A DNA stretch of 64,000 nt, taken from contig OZ246416.1 of NCBI GenBank assembly GCA_965231095.1, positions 536,909 through 600,908 on the forward strand. The letters run 5' to 3'. Positions within the stretch are counted from its first letter, which is position 1; each line of letters opens with the position of its first letter. The position numbers and the translations under genes are program-made. Shown piece by piece: positions 8,973 through 20,503 of this stretch. The notes under the pieces were generated by a model that saw nothing but the letters and a program-made list of their open reading frames with translations, ran no database searches and had not been told where the DNA came from. The DNA is from an uncultured Gammaproteobacteria bacterium (GTDB lineage Bacteria > Patescibacteriota > Patescibacteriia > XYB2-FULL-38-15).

Positions 8973-9082
8973 GAAGGCTCCTCAGTGCAATCCTCGGCGC
9001 CGCAACTTATTTACAGGGAGAGCGTTCTCTCTACTCTGCTCAATTTGCCAAACCAATCGCAAAAGCGATTGCTTTATCAAAA

Positions 9083-9158
9083 CGGGTCCGAAGGGATTTG
9101 AACCCTCGATCTTCTCCGTGACAGGGAGACGTGTTAGACCGGGCTACACCACGGACCC
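9083..9158 (-). tRNA. tRNA-Asp (GTC), no encoded CCA.
   Basis: GGGTCCG TG GTGT AGCCCGGTCTAAC ACGT C TCCCT GTCAC GGAGA AGATC GAGGG TTCAAAT CCCTT CGGACCC G. Cloverleaf checked by eye. Confidence 0.9.
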
Positions 9159-9343
9159 AAAATTATATAAAAAATCAAAAATAAAATACTCTTGATTTAT
9201 ATAACTTTACCAATAAAAAAAATATCTGTCAATGCTTTCCTAAGGCGGCTCTCGCTCTCTTGATAATAAAAAAGAGACCCCGGCAATTGAGTTCTTTACC
9301 CTTCTTGCAACGGGGTCGGTTTAGTTGTTTTTGCTTCCGCCTG

Positions 9344-9565
9344 CTAGGCGGCCGCCCTCCTCCTCGAGTTGGGATGGAAGTTGAGGTAGCTCTTCTTTTG
9401 CCGGACGCGACGGCGGGGCTCCGGGGTCGCCTCGGCCTCGTGACCGACCGCGATCGCGCGCCGCGCTCGGAGCATCGCCACCTCCTTCGGAAGATCGCGG
9501 CGTACCAGCAAAATCTTCCCTGCCTTGTTCCGGACGATCAACTTCCACCCTTGCGACTGTACCAT
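9344..9565 (-). CDS. Small high-GC ORF (73 aa from MVQSQGWKLIVRNKAGKILLVRR...) inside a 340-bp GC-rich patch. Possible Nudix-like N-terminal fragment. Uncertain.
   Basis: AGGAG ~10 nt upstream of the ATG. GKILLVRR resembles a Nudix start, but the rest does not match. Could be non-coding foreign remnant. Confidence 0.25.
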   Translation of the reverse strand: MVQSQGWKLIVRNKAGKILLVRRDLPKEVAMLRARRAIAVGHEAEATPEPRRRVRQKKSYLNFHPNSRRRAAA

Positions 9566-9688
9566 TCCTTCCCCTTCTCCTTTCGCGCGGCTTTTTACCG
9601 CTTGCCCCCCCTGGAAGATGAACCAAAACAAAAACAGCAACCGATTTTCATCTTATCGTGAGTTTCGGTTACTGTCAAGTCTACCCCG

Positions 9689-12094
9689 CTATTTGTACCC
9701 CAACTTCTTCTCTGCCTCTAAAACTCTTAGTGTTGTCTTCAAAACTGAATCAGGATTTAAAGATATGCTATCAATTTTATTTTTTACCAAAAACTCGGCA
9801 AAGTCGGGAAAATCCGACGGCGCCTGCCCGCAAATTCCAATCTTCGTTTTATTTTGATGCGCCACTTTTATAACCGTGCGAACCGCTCTTTTTACCGCTT
9901 CATTTCTTTCATCAAAAAGACGGCTGACAAGTTCCGAATCTCGATCTACGCCCAAAATAAGTTGAGTCAAATCGTTTGAGCCAATACTAAATCCATCAAA
10001 AATTTTAGAAAACTCATCAGCTAAAATTACATTCGAGGGAACCTCCACCATCATATAAATTTTCAGCGGTTTTAATTTCGGGGATTTACCAAGACCGGAC
10101 TCCCTGACCATTAAAACTACGCGCCGCCCTTCGGCGACAGTCCTGCAAAAAGGAACCATCACAATAATATTATCTAAACCAAATTCTTTGCGGACTTTTT
10201 TCATCGCCTCGCACTCCATGGCAAAAGCTTTTTCATAATTCTTGTCGTAATAACGCGCGGCCCCTCGCCAACCGAGCATGGGGTTTGCTTCGCTCGGTTC
10301 AAATTCCGCTCCGCCGATAAGTCCGGCATATTCATTGGATTTAAAATCGGAGAACCGGATAATTACCGGCTTGGGATAAAAAGCCGCGGCGATTCTTCCA
10401 ACACCTTCGGCCAATTTCTCCACAAAAAATTTTGTCTTATCTTTATATCCATGAGTTAATTTTTCAATTTGAATTTTAACTTTCAATTTTAAATTTTTAT
10501 TTTTTAATAAAGCCAACGGGTGAACTTTAATATAGTTGGAAATAATAAATTCTTCACGAGCAAGTCCCACTCCGTCATTTGGAATAAAAGAAAAATCAAA
10601 CGCCCTCTCCGGTTCGCCAACATTCATCATAATTTTTGTTTCGGGCCGTTTAATTTTTTCTAAATCAATTCTCTTAATTTTCACCGGCAAAAATCCTTGG
10701 TAAATTTTTCCTTCTTCCCCTTCGGCGCAACTTACCGTTATTCCTTCGCCATTTTTAAAAACTTCTCGAGCTCGAGCGGCGCCAACCACGCAAGGAATCC
10801 CGAGTTCTCTTGAAACAATTGCGGCATGACACGTCCGGCCGCCGGATTCCGTAACAATCGCGCTCGCCTTTTTCATAATCGGCACCCAATCCGGATCAGT
10901 CATTTTTGTCACGAGCACTTCGCCTTCTCTAAATTTTTCAATTTCCTTAACGTTTTCCAAAATTTTTACCCAACCCTTACCGATTTTTGTCCCGATCGCC
11001 GTCCCGGTTAAGAGCACTTCGCTTTTTCTTTCCAAATTATATTCTTCCAAAATTTTACCATTTTTCTCGGCGTGAATAGTTTCCGGACGCGCTTGAACAA
11101 TATATAACTTATTTTCTTTCCCATCCTTTGCCCATTCAATATCCATCGGTTTTTTATAATATCGCTCAATAATTTCCGCGAAGCGAGCCAGTTCAAAAAC
11201 TTCGTTGTCAGTTAACACAAATTGTCCCCTTTCCTCACGGCTCGTTTTTAAATTAACAGTGGATTTGTTGCCCTTGCCATAAACAAGCTTCATCTCCTTT
11301 GCCCCTAAATTTTTTCCGATGAGCGGCAAAAAACCTTTCCGCAGAGTTGGTTTAAAAATATAATATTGGTCGGGAATAATTCTGCCCTTTACGATATTTT
11401 CTCCAAGGCCAAGGCCGGCGCTCACTAAAATTACGTCCCGAAAACCCGTTTCCGTATCAAGAGTAAAAATCACGCCGCTTGAAGCCAAATCCGAGCGCAC
11501 CATTTTTTGAACACCAACAGAAACAGAAATTTTCGAGTGATTAAATTTATGATCGGCGGAATAAGCTATGGCGCGATCGGTATAAAGAGAAGCAAAACAT
11601 TTTTTTACCGTATCAATAAAATTTTTCTCGCCCACATTTAAAAAGCTCTCAAGCTGCCCGGCAAACGACGCCACTGGTAAATCTTCGGCGGTGGCGGAGG
11701 AGCGAACCGCTACCCCGGAGCTCCCTCCGGATAATTTTTTATAAGCGCGTAAAATTTCAAAAGTAAGCGGGCGGGGAATTTTTCCCCCAATAATCAACTT
11801 CCTAATTTTCTGCCCGGCAACAAGAATATTTTTTATATTTCCGGAATCGGCGGAAGAAAGTAAATCTTCAATTTTCTTTTCCAAATTATTAAATTTTAAA
11901 AACTGCCTAAAAGCATAGGCAGTTATCGCAAAACCCTTGGGTATGGGGATATTTTTTGATTTTAAATTTTGATACATCTCTCCGAGCGACGCGTTCTTGC
12001 CCCCGACCAGCCTCACATCCCCGATCTTTATCTCATTGAACCAAAGAATTAATTTTTTATTTTTACTCATACGGCTAAATCTCCCTAATTTCAA
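9689..12094 (-). CDS. ppsA: Phosphoenolpyruvate synthase (pyruvate, water dikinase). The true start may be the Met 8 codons downstream at 12070.
   Basis: N-terminal GGKNASLGEM (PPDK_N). Mobile His domain GGRTCHAAIVSRELGIPCVVG. C-terminal PEP-utilising TIM barrel. ~800 aa. Confidence 0.85.
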   Translation of the reverse strand: MKLGRFSRMSKNKKLILWFNEIKIGDVRLVGGKNASLGEMYQNLKSKNIPIPKGFAITAYAFRQFLKFNNLEKKIEDLLSSADSGNIKNILVAGQKIRKLIIGGKIPRPLTFEILRAYKKLSGGSSGVAVRSSATAEDLPVASFAGQLESFLNVGEKNFIDTVKKCFASLYTDRAIAYSADHKFNHSKISVSVGVQKMVRSDLASSGVIFTLDTETGFRDVILVSAGLGLGENIVKGRIIPDQYYIFKPTLRKGFLPLIGKNLGAKEMKLVYGKGNKSTVNLKTSREERGQFVLTDNEVFELARFAEIIERYYKKPMDIEWAKDGKENKLYIVQARPETIHAEKNGKILEEYNLERKSEVLLTGTAIGTKIGKGWVKILENVKEIEKFREGEVLVTKMTDPDWVPIMKKASAIVTESGGRTCHAAIVSRELGIPCVVGAARAREVFKNGEGITVSCAEGEEGKIYQGFLPVKIKRIDLEKIKRPETKIMMNVGEPERAFDFSFIPNDGVGLAREEFIISNYIKVHPLALLKNKNLKLKVKIQIEKLTHGYKDKTKFFVEKLAEGVGRIAAAFYPKPVIIRFSDFKSNEYAGLIGGAEFEPSEANPMLGWRGAARYYDKNYEKAFAMECEAMKKVRKEFGLDNIIVMVPFCRTVAEGRRVVLMVRESGLGKSPKLKPLKIYMMVEVPSNVILADEFSKIFDGFSIGSNDLTQLILGVDRDSELVSRLFDERNEAVKRAVRTVIKVAHQNKTKIGICGQAPSDFPDFAEFLVKNKIDSISLNPDSVLKTTLRVLEAEKKLGYK

Positions 12095-13505
12095 TCAAAT
12101 TAATATTGCCCGAACGACCGACTGGTTCGCCGGCAATAATAATTATTTTATCGCCCCGCATTACAAATTTATTTTTTTTGATATAGCCGAGCGAGCGATC
12201 AACTAATTCTTCAACTGAACGACAAGCAGGCAAAACAAAGGGCAGAACTCCCCAGGACAAAGTTAATTGGCGCTGCACGCGCGCGCTGTCGGAAGTAACA
12301 AGAATCGGCAATTCCGGGCGGTAGCGGGCAACAATCCGGCCGGCATAACCGGAAAGCGAAGCCGCCAAAATTGCCTTGGCACGGACGGTATTTGATAAAA
12401 TTTTTGCCACTTGGCTCACGGCGTCATCAATTTTTATATTTTTTACAATACTTCCCATTACCAAATCATCATAACTTGATTTTTCCGTTTCTCTAATTAT
12501 TTTTGCCATCATCTCCACTGACTGAACCGGATAGGCGCCGCTCGCCGTTTCTCCGGAAAGCATTACGGCGTCAGTATGATCAATAACGGCGTTCGCCACG
12601 TCGGAAACTTCAGCCCGAGTCGGCCGCGGTTTTCTGATCATGGAGTCAAGCATTTGAGTCGCGACAATTACCGGTTTCGCTTCCGCCAAACACTTGTCAA
12701 TAATTTTTTTCTGCCAAAGTGGCACGTCTTCCGGCGGGGTTTCAATGCCCAAATCGCCGCGGGCGATCATAATTCCGTCCACTGCTTCCAAAATTTCTCC
12801 CAAATTTTTTACCGCTTCATGTTTTTCTATTTTGGCAATAATTCTGATTGGCGAACCTTTCGGTATTTTTAATTTTTTTTCCAAATCGCGGATTAAATAT
12901 CTCAAATCATAAATTTCTGACGCACGGGAAACAAAAGAGAGCGCGACCCAATCAACTCCCTCCCCAATCGCCAGTTTAAGATCCTCCCTATCTTTTTTCG
13001 TAAGCGGCGGAATTTTAACTGATGAATCGGGAAGATTAATTCCTTTGTGTGAAGTCAAAATTCCTCCGACCACGACTTCGCATAAAATATCTCTACCGGA
13101 AATTTTTAAAACTTTTAATTCCAACAAACCCTCATCAAGAAGAATACGGTCTCCGGGAGATAAATCTTTGTGTAAATTTTCGTAAGTAATTGAAATTTTT
13201 TCTTTATTTTTTCCCGGGGCGGTTGTCAGGGTAATTTTATTTTTGGGGATAAGTTTCACTCCGGCCTCTGGAAGTTCCCCCACTCTGATGCGCGGCCCCT
13301 GCAAATCGGCGATTATGCCAATCGGCTGGCCAAGTTCTTCGGAAATTTTTTTAATATTTTTTATGGCCTTTTCGTGCCAAGCGTGCGTACCGTGGGAAAA
13401 ATTAAGCCGGGCAACATTCATGCCGGCTTTCACCATTTTTTTCAAAGTAGCCGGCTTCTCCGAAACCGGACCGATTGTGCAAACTATTTTTGTACGTTTT
13501 GACAT
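12075..13505 (-). CDS. pyk: Pyruvate kinase.
   Basis: MSKRTKIVCTIGPVS...ARLNFSHG. MIARGDLGIE motif. 476 aa. Confidence 0.95.
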   Translation of the reverse strand: MSKRTKIVCTIGPVSEKPATLKKMVKAGMNVARLNFSHGTHAWHEKAIKNIKKISEELGQPIGIIADLQGPRIRVGELPEAGVKLIPKNKITLTTAPGKNKEKISITYENLHKDLSPGDRILLDEGLLELKVLKISGRDILCEVVVGGILTSHKGINLPDSSVKIPPLTKKDREDLKLAIGEGVDWVALSFVSRASEIYDLRYLIRDLEKKLKIPKGSPIRIIAKIEKHEAVKNLGEILEAVDGIMIARGDLGIETPPEDVPLWQKKIIDKCLAEAKPVIVATQMLDSMIRKPRPTRAEVSDVANAVIDHTDAVMLSGETASGAYPVQSVEMMAKIIRETEKSSYDDLVMGSIVKNIKIDDAVSQVAKILSNTVRAKAILAASLSGYAGRIVARYRPELPILVTSDSARVQRQLTLSWGVLPFVLPACRSVEELVDRSLGYIKKNKFVMRGDKIIIIAGEPVGRSGNINLIEIREI

Positions 13506-13551
13506 AAAATTAAATTAAAACACCTCCATTATTATAACATAAATGCGAATA

Positions 13552-13577
13552 AACAAAAAGCCGAGGTAAAGCCTCGA
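13552..13577 (-). terminator. Rho-independent terminator downstream of groEL (minus strand).
   Basis: Minus-strand hairpin cgaggctttacctcg followed by gcttttt. Confidence 0.5.
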
Positions 13578-13616
13578 CCTTTTAATCTTCAATCTTAAAT
13601 CTCAAATCTAAAATTT

Positions 13617-15245
<1,629 letters not shown>

Positions 15246-15262
15246 TTAATTTAATTTTTATT

Positions 15263-15550
15263 TTAAATAATCGCTAAAATATCTTGCTCGGAGATCACTA
15301 AAAGTTCCTGGCCGTCAATTTTAATTTCATCTGGGCTGTATTTTTTAAACATTACTTTGTCTCCAACTTTTACTGACATTGGTGAGAGCGTTCCGTTATC
15401 GAGCGTTCGCCCAGGACCCACGGCTAAAACTTCCCCCTTTTCAGATTTTTCTTTTTCCACATTTTCCGGTAAAACAATGCCTGATTTTGTGGTAAGGTCT
15501 TCGGTGATTGGTCTTATAATTACTCTGTCGCCCAATGGTTTGATGTTCAT
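15263..15550 (-). CDS. groS: Co-chaperonin GroES.
   Basis: MNIKPLGDRVIIRP...GIVLPE. 95 aa. Confidence 0.95.
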   Translation of the reverse strand: MNIKPLGDRVIIRPITEDLTTKSGIVLPENVEKEKSEKGEVLAVGPGRTLDNGTLSPMSVKVGDKVMFKKYSPDEIKIDGQELLVISEQDILAII

Positions 15551-15579
15551 ATTTTTTTCTAAATTTAATATTAATTTTT

Positions 15580-15609
15580 GAGATAAAAATCAGACTATTC
15601 GGTCTGATT
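15580..15609 (-). terminator. Hairpin plus T-run terminator for the upstream membrane-protein gene. Possibly also an operator upstream of groES.
   Basis: aatcagac tattcg gtctgatt palindrome followed (minus strand) by ttttatc. Confidence 0.4.
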
Positions 15610-15636
15610 TCGTATCATTGTATATTAAGTTATATT

Positions 15637-16947
15637 TTATGACCTGTCAAGCGGCTCGTCAAGATTTTTCTTTTCCATCCCCAAAATTAACCAAAATAAT
15701 ATCACTCCAAAATACAGCGTCCAAAGATAGTGGTCAAAAAGGCCGATCGCCAAAATGGTAATGAGTAATGGGTAATGGGCAATGGGTAATTGTTTAATAA
15801 TGAAAAACAGCAATACCAACCATAAAAGTAAACCCATAATTCCGAGCTCTGCCAAAATTAATAAATAAATATTATGAACCGGCTGATAATCCCAAGCTCG
15901 TAAATTAGGATTAATTTCATTATGCACCGCCAAAGTATAATTGCCGAGGCCAACGCCTAGAACCGGATGATTTTTAATTAATTGCCACGCCTGATCAAAA
16001 TAATTAAGCCGCTCGGCCGTAGATTTTATTTCTAATCTTTCCGCGCCATAAATTCTTGTCCCAACCGGTTCCCAAAAAATTACGGAAAAAACTGCGGCCA
16101 CTACAATAAAAATTAAAATAAATTTTAGTAAATAGTTTTTTTCTTCTCTTGATTTTTTAAAAATAAAAAATCCTGCCAACCATAAAATCATTGCTGCGGA
16201 AAAACCCAAGATCACGCTCTTGGAAAAAGTCGCAAAAAGTCCGAAAGATAAAATTACAAAAATCGCCGGAAGCAAAATTTTTTTAAAACTCTTCACGGTT
16301 TTTTGATAAAGCCAAATCGTAAAAAACATTGCCGCCGCCAAAAAACCGGCGAGCATATTCGGGTGCGGTAAGCTCCCATAGGCGCGCAGCCACCGGCGAA
16401 ACGCAGTCTCGACGACAAAAATCCCGGGAACCGCCGGATCGTGCAAGGCCATGCCCAGCCACTTGGAAGAAAAAGTTTCCTGCGACAAAAATTGCCAAAT
16501 GCCAATCCCGGCCTGAAGCCCCGCCGACATCACAAAAGCCCACATCAATTTTGCCACGTCAAATTTTACCGCGCGCAAAACCAAAAATAATCCAACGCCC
16601 TCGGCGAGCCAGTGCCAGGCATATAATGCCAACCCCCTTGAACCAGCCCACAAGATCAAGGTCAATGAGTAAAATACTAAAAACAAGATAATTAGATAAA
16701 ATAGTTTCGAGCTTTGAGCTGTAATTTTGAGCTTCGAGTTTTGAGCTTTGAGTTTTCCAATCGTCCACGCAATGCCCGTTAACAAAAAAATCGCCCACAG
16801 CAAAATTTCCGTGGCATAAATACTTATCGTTCCGTACTCCCAATACCCGTTTAAATTTCCTTCGCGCAAAATCAACCTCGTCTGCCACGGCAACAAAAAC
16901 ACGAAGAGATATAATCCGTATTCAGTTATTTTTTCTAAAACTTTCAT
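15637..16947 (-). CDS. O-antigen ligase (Wzy_C/WaaL)-like polytopic membrane protein.
   Basis: About 11 TM helices. Signature PVHNIYLLILAELGIMG. Internal tttgagc nucleotide repeats. Confidence 0.55.
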   Translation of the reverse strand: MKVLEKITEYGLYLFVFLLPWQTRLILREGNLNGYWEYGTISIYATEILLWAIFLLTGIAWTIGKLKAQNSKLKITAQSSKLFYLIILFLVFYSLTLILWAGSRGLALYAWHWLAEGVGLFLVLRAVKFDVAKLMWAFVMSAGLQAGIGIWQFLSQETFSSKWLGMALHDPAVPGIFVVETAFRRWLRAYGSLPHPNMLAGFLAAAMFFTIWLYQKTVKSFKKILLPAIFVILSFGLFATFSKSVILGFSAAMILWLAGFFIFKKSREEKNYLLKFILIFIVVAAVFSVIFWEPVGTRIYGAERLEIKSTAERLNYFDQAWQLIKNHPVLGVGLGNYTLAVHNEINPNLRAWDYQPVHNIYLLILAELGIMGLLLWLVLLFFIIKQLPIAHYPLLITILAIGLFDHYLWTLYFGVILFWLILGMEKKNLDEPLDRS

Positions 16948-17897
16948 AGTAATTTAGATATTTTTTCTTCCCACATTTTTTTGTACTCCTCTCGCCGGTC
17001 GTTAGCGTGAAATTTCAAAATTTTATCAGTGATAATAACTCGGCTATCACGATTGGCCATTTCCTTTAAGCTTCTTGGCAACATTTTCACTTGCAGCCAA
17101 CGGAGAAAATTTTCTCCAAGTAAGTTTCCTGACGACGCGTGTTTTTGAGGCAGACCGGGCGAGGGTATTTCCTCCCCCATCATGTCCACCGCGTCTCTCG
17201 GAAAAACATTTGGCAAAAAATTTTTAATCCAAGAATTTTCCTGCCAAAATTTATGATAAATCCCACTGCAATCAAAAAGCGGCACAAGTTGGGCGACCCA
17301 ATAAATCAAATAAATATCGGGCGAACCGAGAGACAGCGATTCTAAATTAAGAGAGTCAGTATCAACAAAAAAACTCAAACAAATTTTATCTTTATTATTT
17401 TTTTTACTCGGCCGCAAACCAAAAATTTGTAAAAACCCGGCGGCCCAAAAACGCGCTGTCCAAATTTTATTTGGCGCGGCCACAATAAAAAAATCTATAT
17501 CGCTTTCTTCCCGCGCGTTCGCGAAAGCAAGAGTATTGCAAAGCGCGATCATTTTTACCCCGGGAATAAATTTCAAAAAATTAGCGATGCGTTTCGCCCT
17601 CTTCATTTTTTTAAAAGCCAAGAGGTATCTTTCCTCCCGCGTTTCCGCCAATCCTTCTCGATTTTTAAAAAAATAAAATCCCCGATCAGTGCTTATCAGA
17701 GATTTTAGTTTTTCGTTTTCTTCCAAATTTTTTTTTACCTCAAAAATATCTCGCCCTACGCCGTCGACTGCTCTTTGATTCGCCGGACAATACAACCATT
17801 TCCAGATTTCTCCCTCTGTTAGGGGATAATTAAAAATATCAAAATAGGCAAGGGTGGACAAGATGGATTTTCCCAAATTATTTTGAACATTCTCCAT
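16944..17897 (-). CDS. Hypothetical protein (317 aa).
   Basis: ORF overlaps the neighbour by 4 nt (operon). No confident motif. Confidence 0.45.
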   Translation of the reverse strand: MENVQNNLGKSILSTLAYFDIFNYPLTEGEIWKWLYCPANQRAVDGVGRDIFEVKKNLEENEKLKSLISTDRGFYFFKNREGLAETREERYLLAFKKMKRAKRIANFLKFIPGVKMIALCNTLAFANAREESDIDFFIVAAPNKIWTARFWAAGFLQIFGLRPSKKNNKDKICLSFFVDTDSLNLESLSLGSPDIYLIYWVAQLVPLFDCSGIYHKFWQENSWIKNFLPNVFPRDAVDMMGEEIPSPGLPQKHASSGNLLGENFLRWLQVKMLPRSLKEMANRDSRVIITDKILKFHANDRREEYKKMWEEKISKLL

Positions 17898-18222
17898 CGA
17901 TTTTTGGAATATTTAAACGGCTTCCGAGCGCCGGCGCATTTTTCTCCATTCTCCGGAGCGCACGGGTGCCGCCGAGTTCTTTAACTGAGGCGTCATCCAC
18001 CAACATCTTTTTTTCATCAAGCGATACGACTTGATTCCGGTTGATTATTATTTCACTGACTTCCTCGGTTAATAATTTACCAATTAAATTTCTACTTTTG
18101 ACAATATAGCGCAAAATATTTTGGCTCTCACTCTCAATTTCAAAACCCCTGACCTTCCCTAAAAGCAAACCGCTTTTAGTCTCTACCGGCAAGCCAATCA
18201 AATTTTTATGGCTTATAGTCAT
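17878..18222 (-). CDS. PRC-barrel-like small protein.
   Basis: LIGLPVETKSGLLLGKVRGFEIESESQNILRYIV pattern typical of a PRC barrel. Confidence 0.4.
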   Translation of the reverse strand: MTISHKNLIGLPVETKSGLLLGKVRGFEIESESQNILRYIVKSRNLIGKLLTEEVSEIIINRNQVVSLDEKKMLVDDASVKELGGTRALRRMEKNAPALGSRLNIPKIDGECSK

Positions 18223-18243
18223 ACAAAAATTTTAACCAACTTT

Positions 18244-18987
18244 TTAAGAAGCTGCCTGCGGTTTTCCCTCGGCCGTCTTATTATTTTTCTTAAAATAAAA
18301 ATACTGCTGGACCACGGTTAAAAGCGTGGTAAAAAACCAATAAAAAGTAAGTCCGCCCGGCAGAGTTGCGCCGATAAAAACAGTGATGAGTGGCATAAAA
18401 TATAACATCTGCTTATTCATCATCGCCGTCATACCCTCATCTTTTGATCCCGGAACTTTTTCCGGCGGCTTGGCTCTCGGCATCATTTTTGTCTGCCAAA
18501 ACTGCGCCGCGCCGGCAAGCACCGCCAAAATTATGTTTGGTTTTAAGAGATCAAGAAAACCCATGGAAACGGAATTGATGTGCCCGGGATTTGCGACAAA
18601 AGAATAAAGATTTTCCAAACCCTGCGAGCTAAGCCCATGAATAAAAACTTGATACACGGCGATTAAAAACGGCAACTGAATCAAAACCGGCAAACAAGAA
18701 GACAGCGGATTCACTTTATGCTCTTTATAAAGAGCCATCATCGCTTTGGACATTTCTTCTTTTTGGCCCTTATATTTGACTTTCAATTCTTCCATCTTCG
18801 GCTGAAGTTCCGCGAGCGCTTTTTGGGCGCGGATTGCCTGAAGAGAAAAAGGATAAAGAATCAATTTTATTAAAATCGTCAGAAGGACGATCGCAAGGCC
18901 AATATCATGGCCAGGAATAACGTTGTAAAACCAAACCAACAAATTAAAAAGCGGCTGATAAAAAATTGTGTTGAAGAGAGCAATCAC
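18244..18987 (-). CDS. yidC: Membrane protein insertase YidC (short form).
   Basis: LAIVLLTILIKLILYPFSLQAIRAQKALAELQPKMEELKVKYKG...LPVLIQLPFLIAVYQVF. Confidence 0.9.
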   Translation of the reverse strand: MIALFNTIFYQPLFNLLVWFYNVIPGHDIGLAIVLLTILIKLILYPFSLQAIRAQKALAELQPKMEELKVKYKGQKEEMSKAMMALYKEHKVNPLSSCLPVLIQLPFLIAVYQVFIHGLSSQGLENLYSFVANPGHINSVSMGFLDLLKPNIILAVLAGAAQFWQTKMMPRAKPPEKVPGSKDEGMTAMMNKQMLYFMPLITVFIGATLPGGLTFYWFFTTLLTVVQQYFYFKKNNKTAEGKPQAAS

Positions 18988-19024
18988 AAAAATAAAAATT
19001 AATGATTATATTTTTTGTTCTACC

Positions 19025-20371
19025 TCATTCTTTTGTTTTTTTTGATTTCTTGCCTCCGGCCGGTTTTTCTTTTTTCTTTTCTTCTTCGGGAGTTTTCTCC
19101 GGGGCTTCTTCTTTAACTTCCCCCTCATTTTTTTCTGCTGCTTCGGCCTTAACTTCCCCTTCCACTTTTACTTCCCCTTCCGGCTTCACCTCGCCCGCCG
19201 CGACATCAGGTTCGGCGACAACTTCCGCTCCGCCAATATTTATTTTCCAGCCGGTTAATTTGGCGGCCAGCCGGACATTTTGTCCGCCGCGCCCGATTGC
19301 CAAAGAAAGCTGATCGGCCTTAACTTCCACAAAAGCGGATTTTTCTTCTTCTTTAATTTCAATCTTAGAAATCTTGGCCGGAGAAAGGGCGTTCGCAATG
19401 AGCTCACTCACGTCGTCGCTCCATTGAATAACATCAATTTTTTCTCCGTTTAATTCATTGATAATAGTTTGGATGCGCGTTCCCCGCTGGCCAATGCATG
19501 AGCCGATTGGATCAATATTTTCTTCTTCGGTTGAAACGGCCACTTTTGATCGAGCCCCCGCTTCTCTCGCAATCGCCCTGATTTTCACTACGCCATTCGC
19601 GACTTCAGGAATTTCAAAAGTAAAAAGTTTGCGGAGAATTTCCGGATGAGCGCGCGAAACAATAATCTGCGGGCCCTTGGTTGTCATAGAAACTTCTTTT
19701 AAATAAAATTTCAAACGCGACCCGGGATTATATTTTTCTTTTTCAATTTGTTCTTCGGGAGGCAAAAGCGCCGTCACGTGGCCAAGGTCAACCAAAACCA
19801 ACTTGCCCTCCCACCTTTGTACAGTCCCCTGCAGGAGCTCCCCTTCCTTACCTTTGAACTCGTTATATAAATTATCACGTTCGGCTTCTCTCAATTTTTG
19901 AATGATCACTTGCTTCGCGGTTTGGGCGGCCATTCGGCCAAAAGCTCCCGGAACTTCAAGTTCGGTTTTAATAACTTCGTCCAACTCTGCGTCGGCTTTC
20001 TGCGCCCGCGCTTCAGTCAAACTCAAATTTAATTTTGGATTAAATTTTAATTCTTCTTCTCCCACCTCTTCGGCCCTCTCTTCTCTTTCCTTTCTTTCCT
20101 CGGGCAAACCCTCTTTAATTCTCTCTTCTCTTTCCCTTTTTTCTTCTTCATATTTAGCGGCAAGTTCGTCGGCCACCACGGTTTTTATATCAAAAACGCG
20201 GAAATCCCCGGATTCCGGATTAAATTCCACTTTAACATTTTGATTTTTTGTGCCAAAATCCTTGCGGTAAGCTGCTGCCAGCGCCGCCTCGATGGTTTCT
20301 ATTACCGATTCGGGTTTAATATTTTTTTCCTCGCAAATTTGCTTGATCGCCTGATAGATGGGTGAGGCCAT
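19025..20371 (-). CDS. nusA: Transcription termination/antitermination factor NusA with an acidic/Lys-rich C-terminal tail.
   Basis: NusA N-terminal domain, S1 and two KH domains (IDPIGSCIGQRGTRIQTIINELNGEKIDVIQW). Confidence 0.9.
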   Translation of the reverse strand: MASPIYQAIKQICEEKNIKPESVIETIEAALAAAYRKDFGTKNQNVKVEFNPESGDFRVFDIKTVVADELAAKYEEEKREREERIKEGLPEERKEREERAEEVGEEELKFNPKLNLSLTEARAQKADAELDEVIKTELEVPGAFGRMAAQTAKQVIIQKLREAERDNLYNEFKGKEGELLQGTVQRWEGKLVLVDLGHVTALLPPEEQIEKEKYNPGSRLKFYLKEVSMTTKGPQIIVSRAHPEILRKLFTFEIPEVANGVVKIRAIAREAGARSKVAVSTEEENIDPIGSCIGQRGTRIQTIINELNGEKIDVIQWSDDVSELIANALSPAKISKIEIKEEEKSAFVEVKADQLSLAIGRGGQNVRLAAKLTGWKINIGGAEVVAEPDVAAGEVKPEGEVKVEGEVKAEAAEKNEGEVKEEAPEKTPEEEKKKEKPAGGKKSKKTKE

Positions 20372-20503
20372 AATTTCTAATTTACTTTTACTTATTAAAT
20401 AAACTAGTCCGGAAGGAACTAGTTACATTATTATCATAACAATAAGGCCCGAGTCTGTCAAATGCTAAAAAACTTTCGTCACCATTTTCCCCGATTTTTA
20501 GTT

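Noticed and set aside
8948-9060. Possible tmRNA (ssrA) 3' end, suggested by the TTCAAATCC...GCCA terminus.
   Set aside because: The discriminator is G not A. There is no tag reading frame and no 5' pairing partner. The fragment is only a copy of the tRNA-Asp 3' end, and a complete tRNA-Asp lies in the way of any ~350-nt gene body.
9321-9626. 101-aa Arg/Gly-rich minus-strand ORF in the GC-rich patch.
   Set aside because: It is an off-frame product of GC-rich sequence. The overlapping frame with an RBS (9344..9565) is marginally more plausible, and even that is uncertain.
15551-15636. CIRCE (HrcA) element upstream of groES.
   Set aside because: No TTAGCACTC-N9-GAGTGCTAA match is present. The only palindrome there (aatcagac-N6-gtctgatt) fits better as a terminator for the upstream gene.
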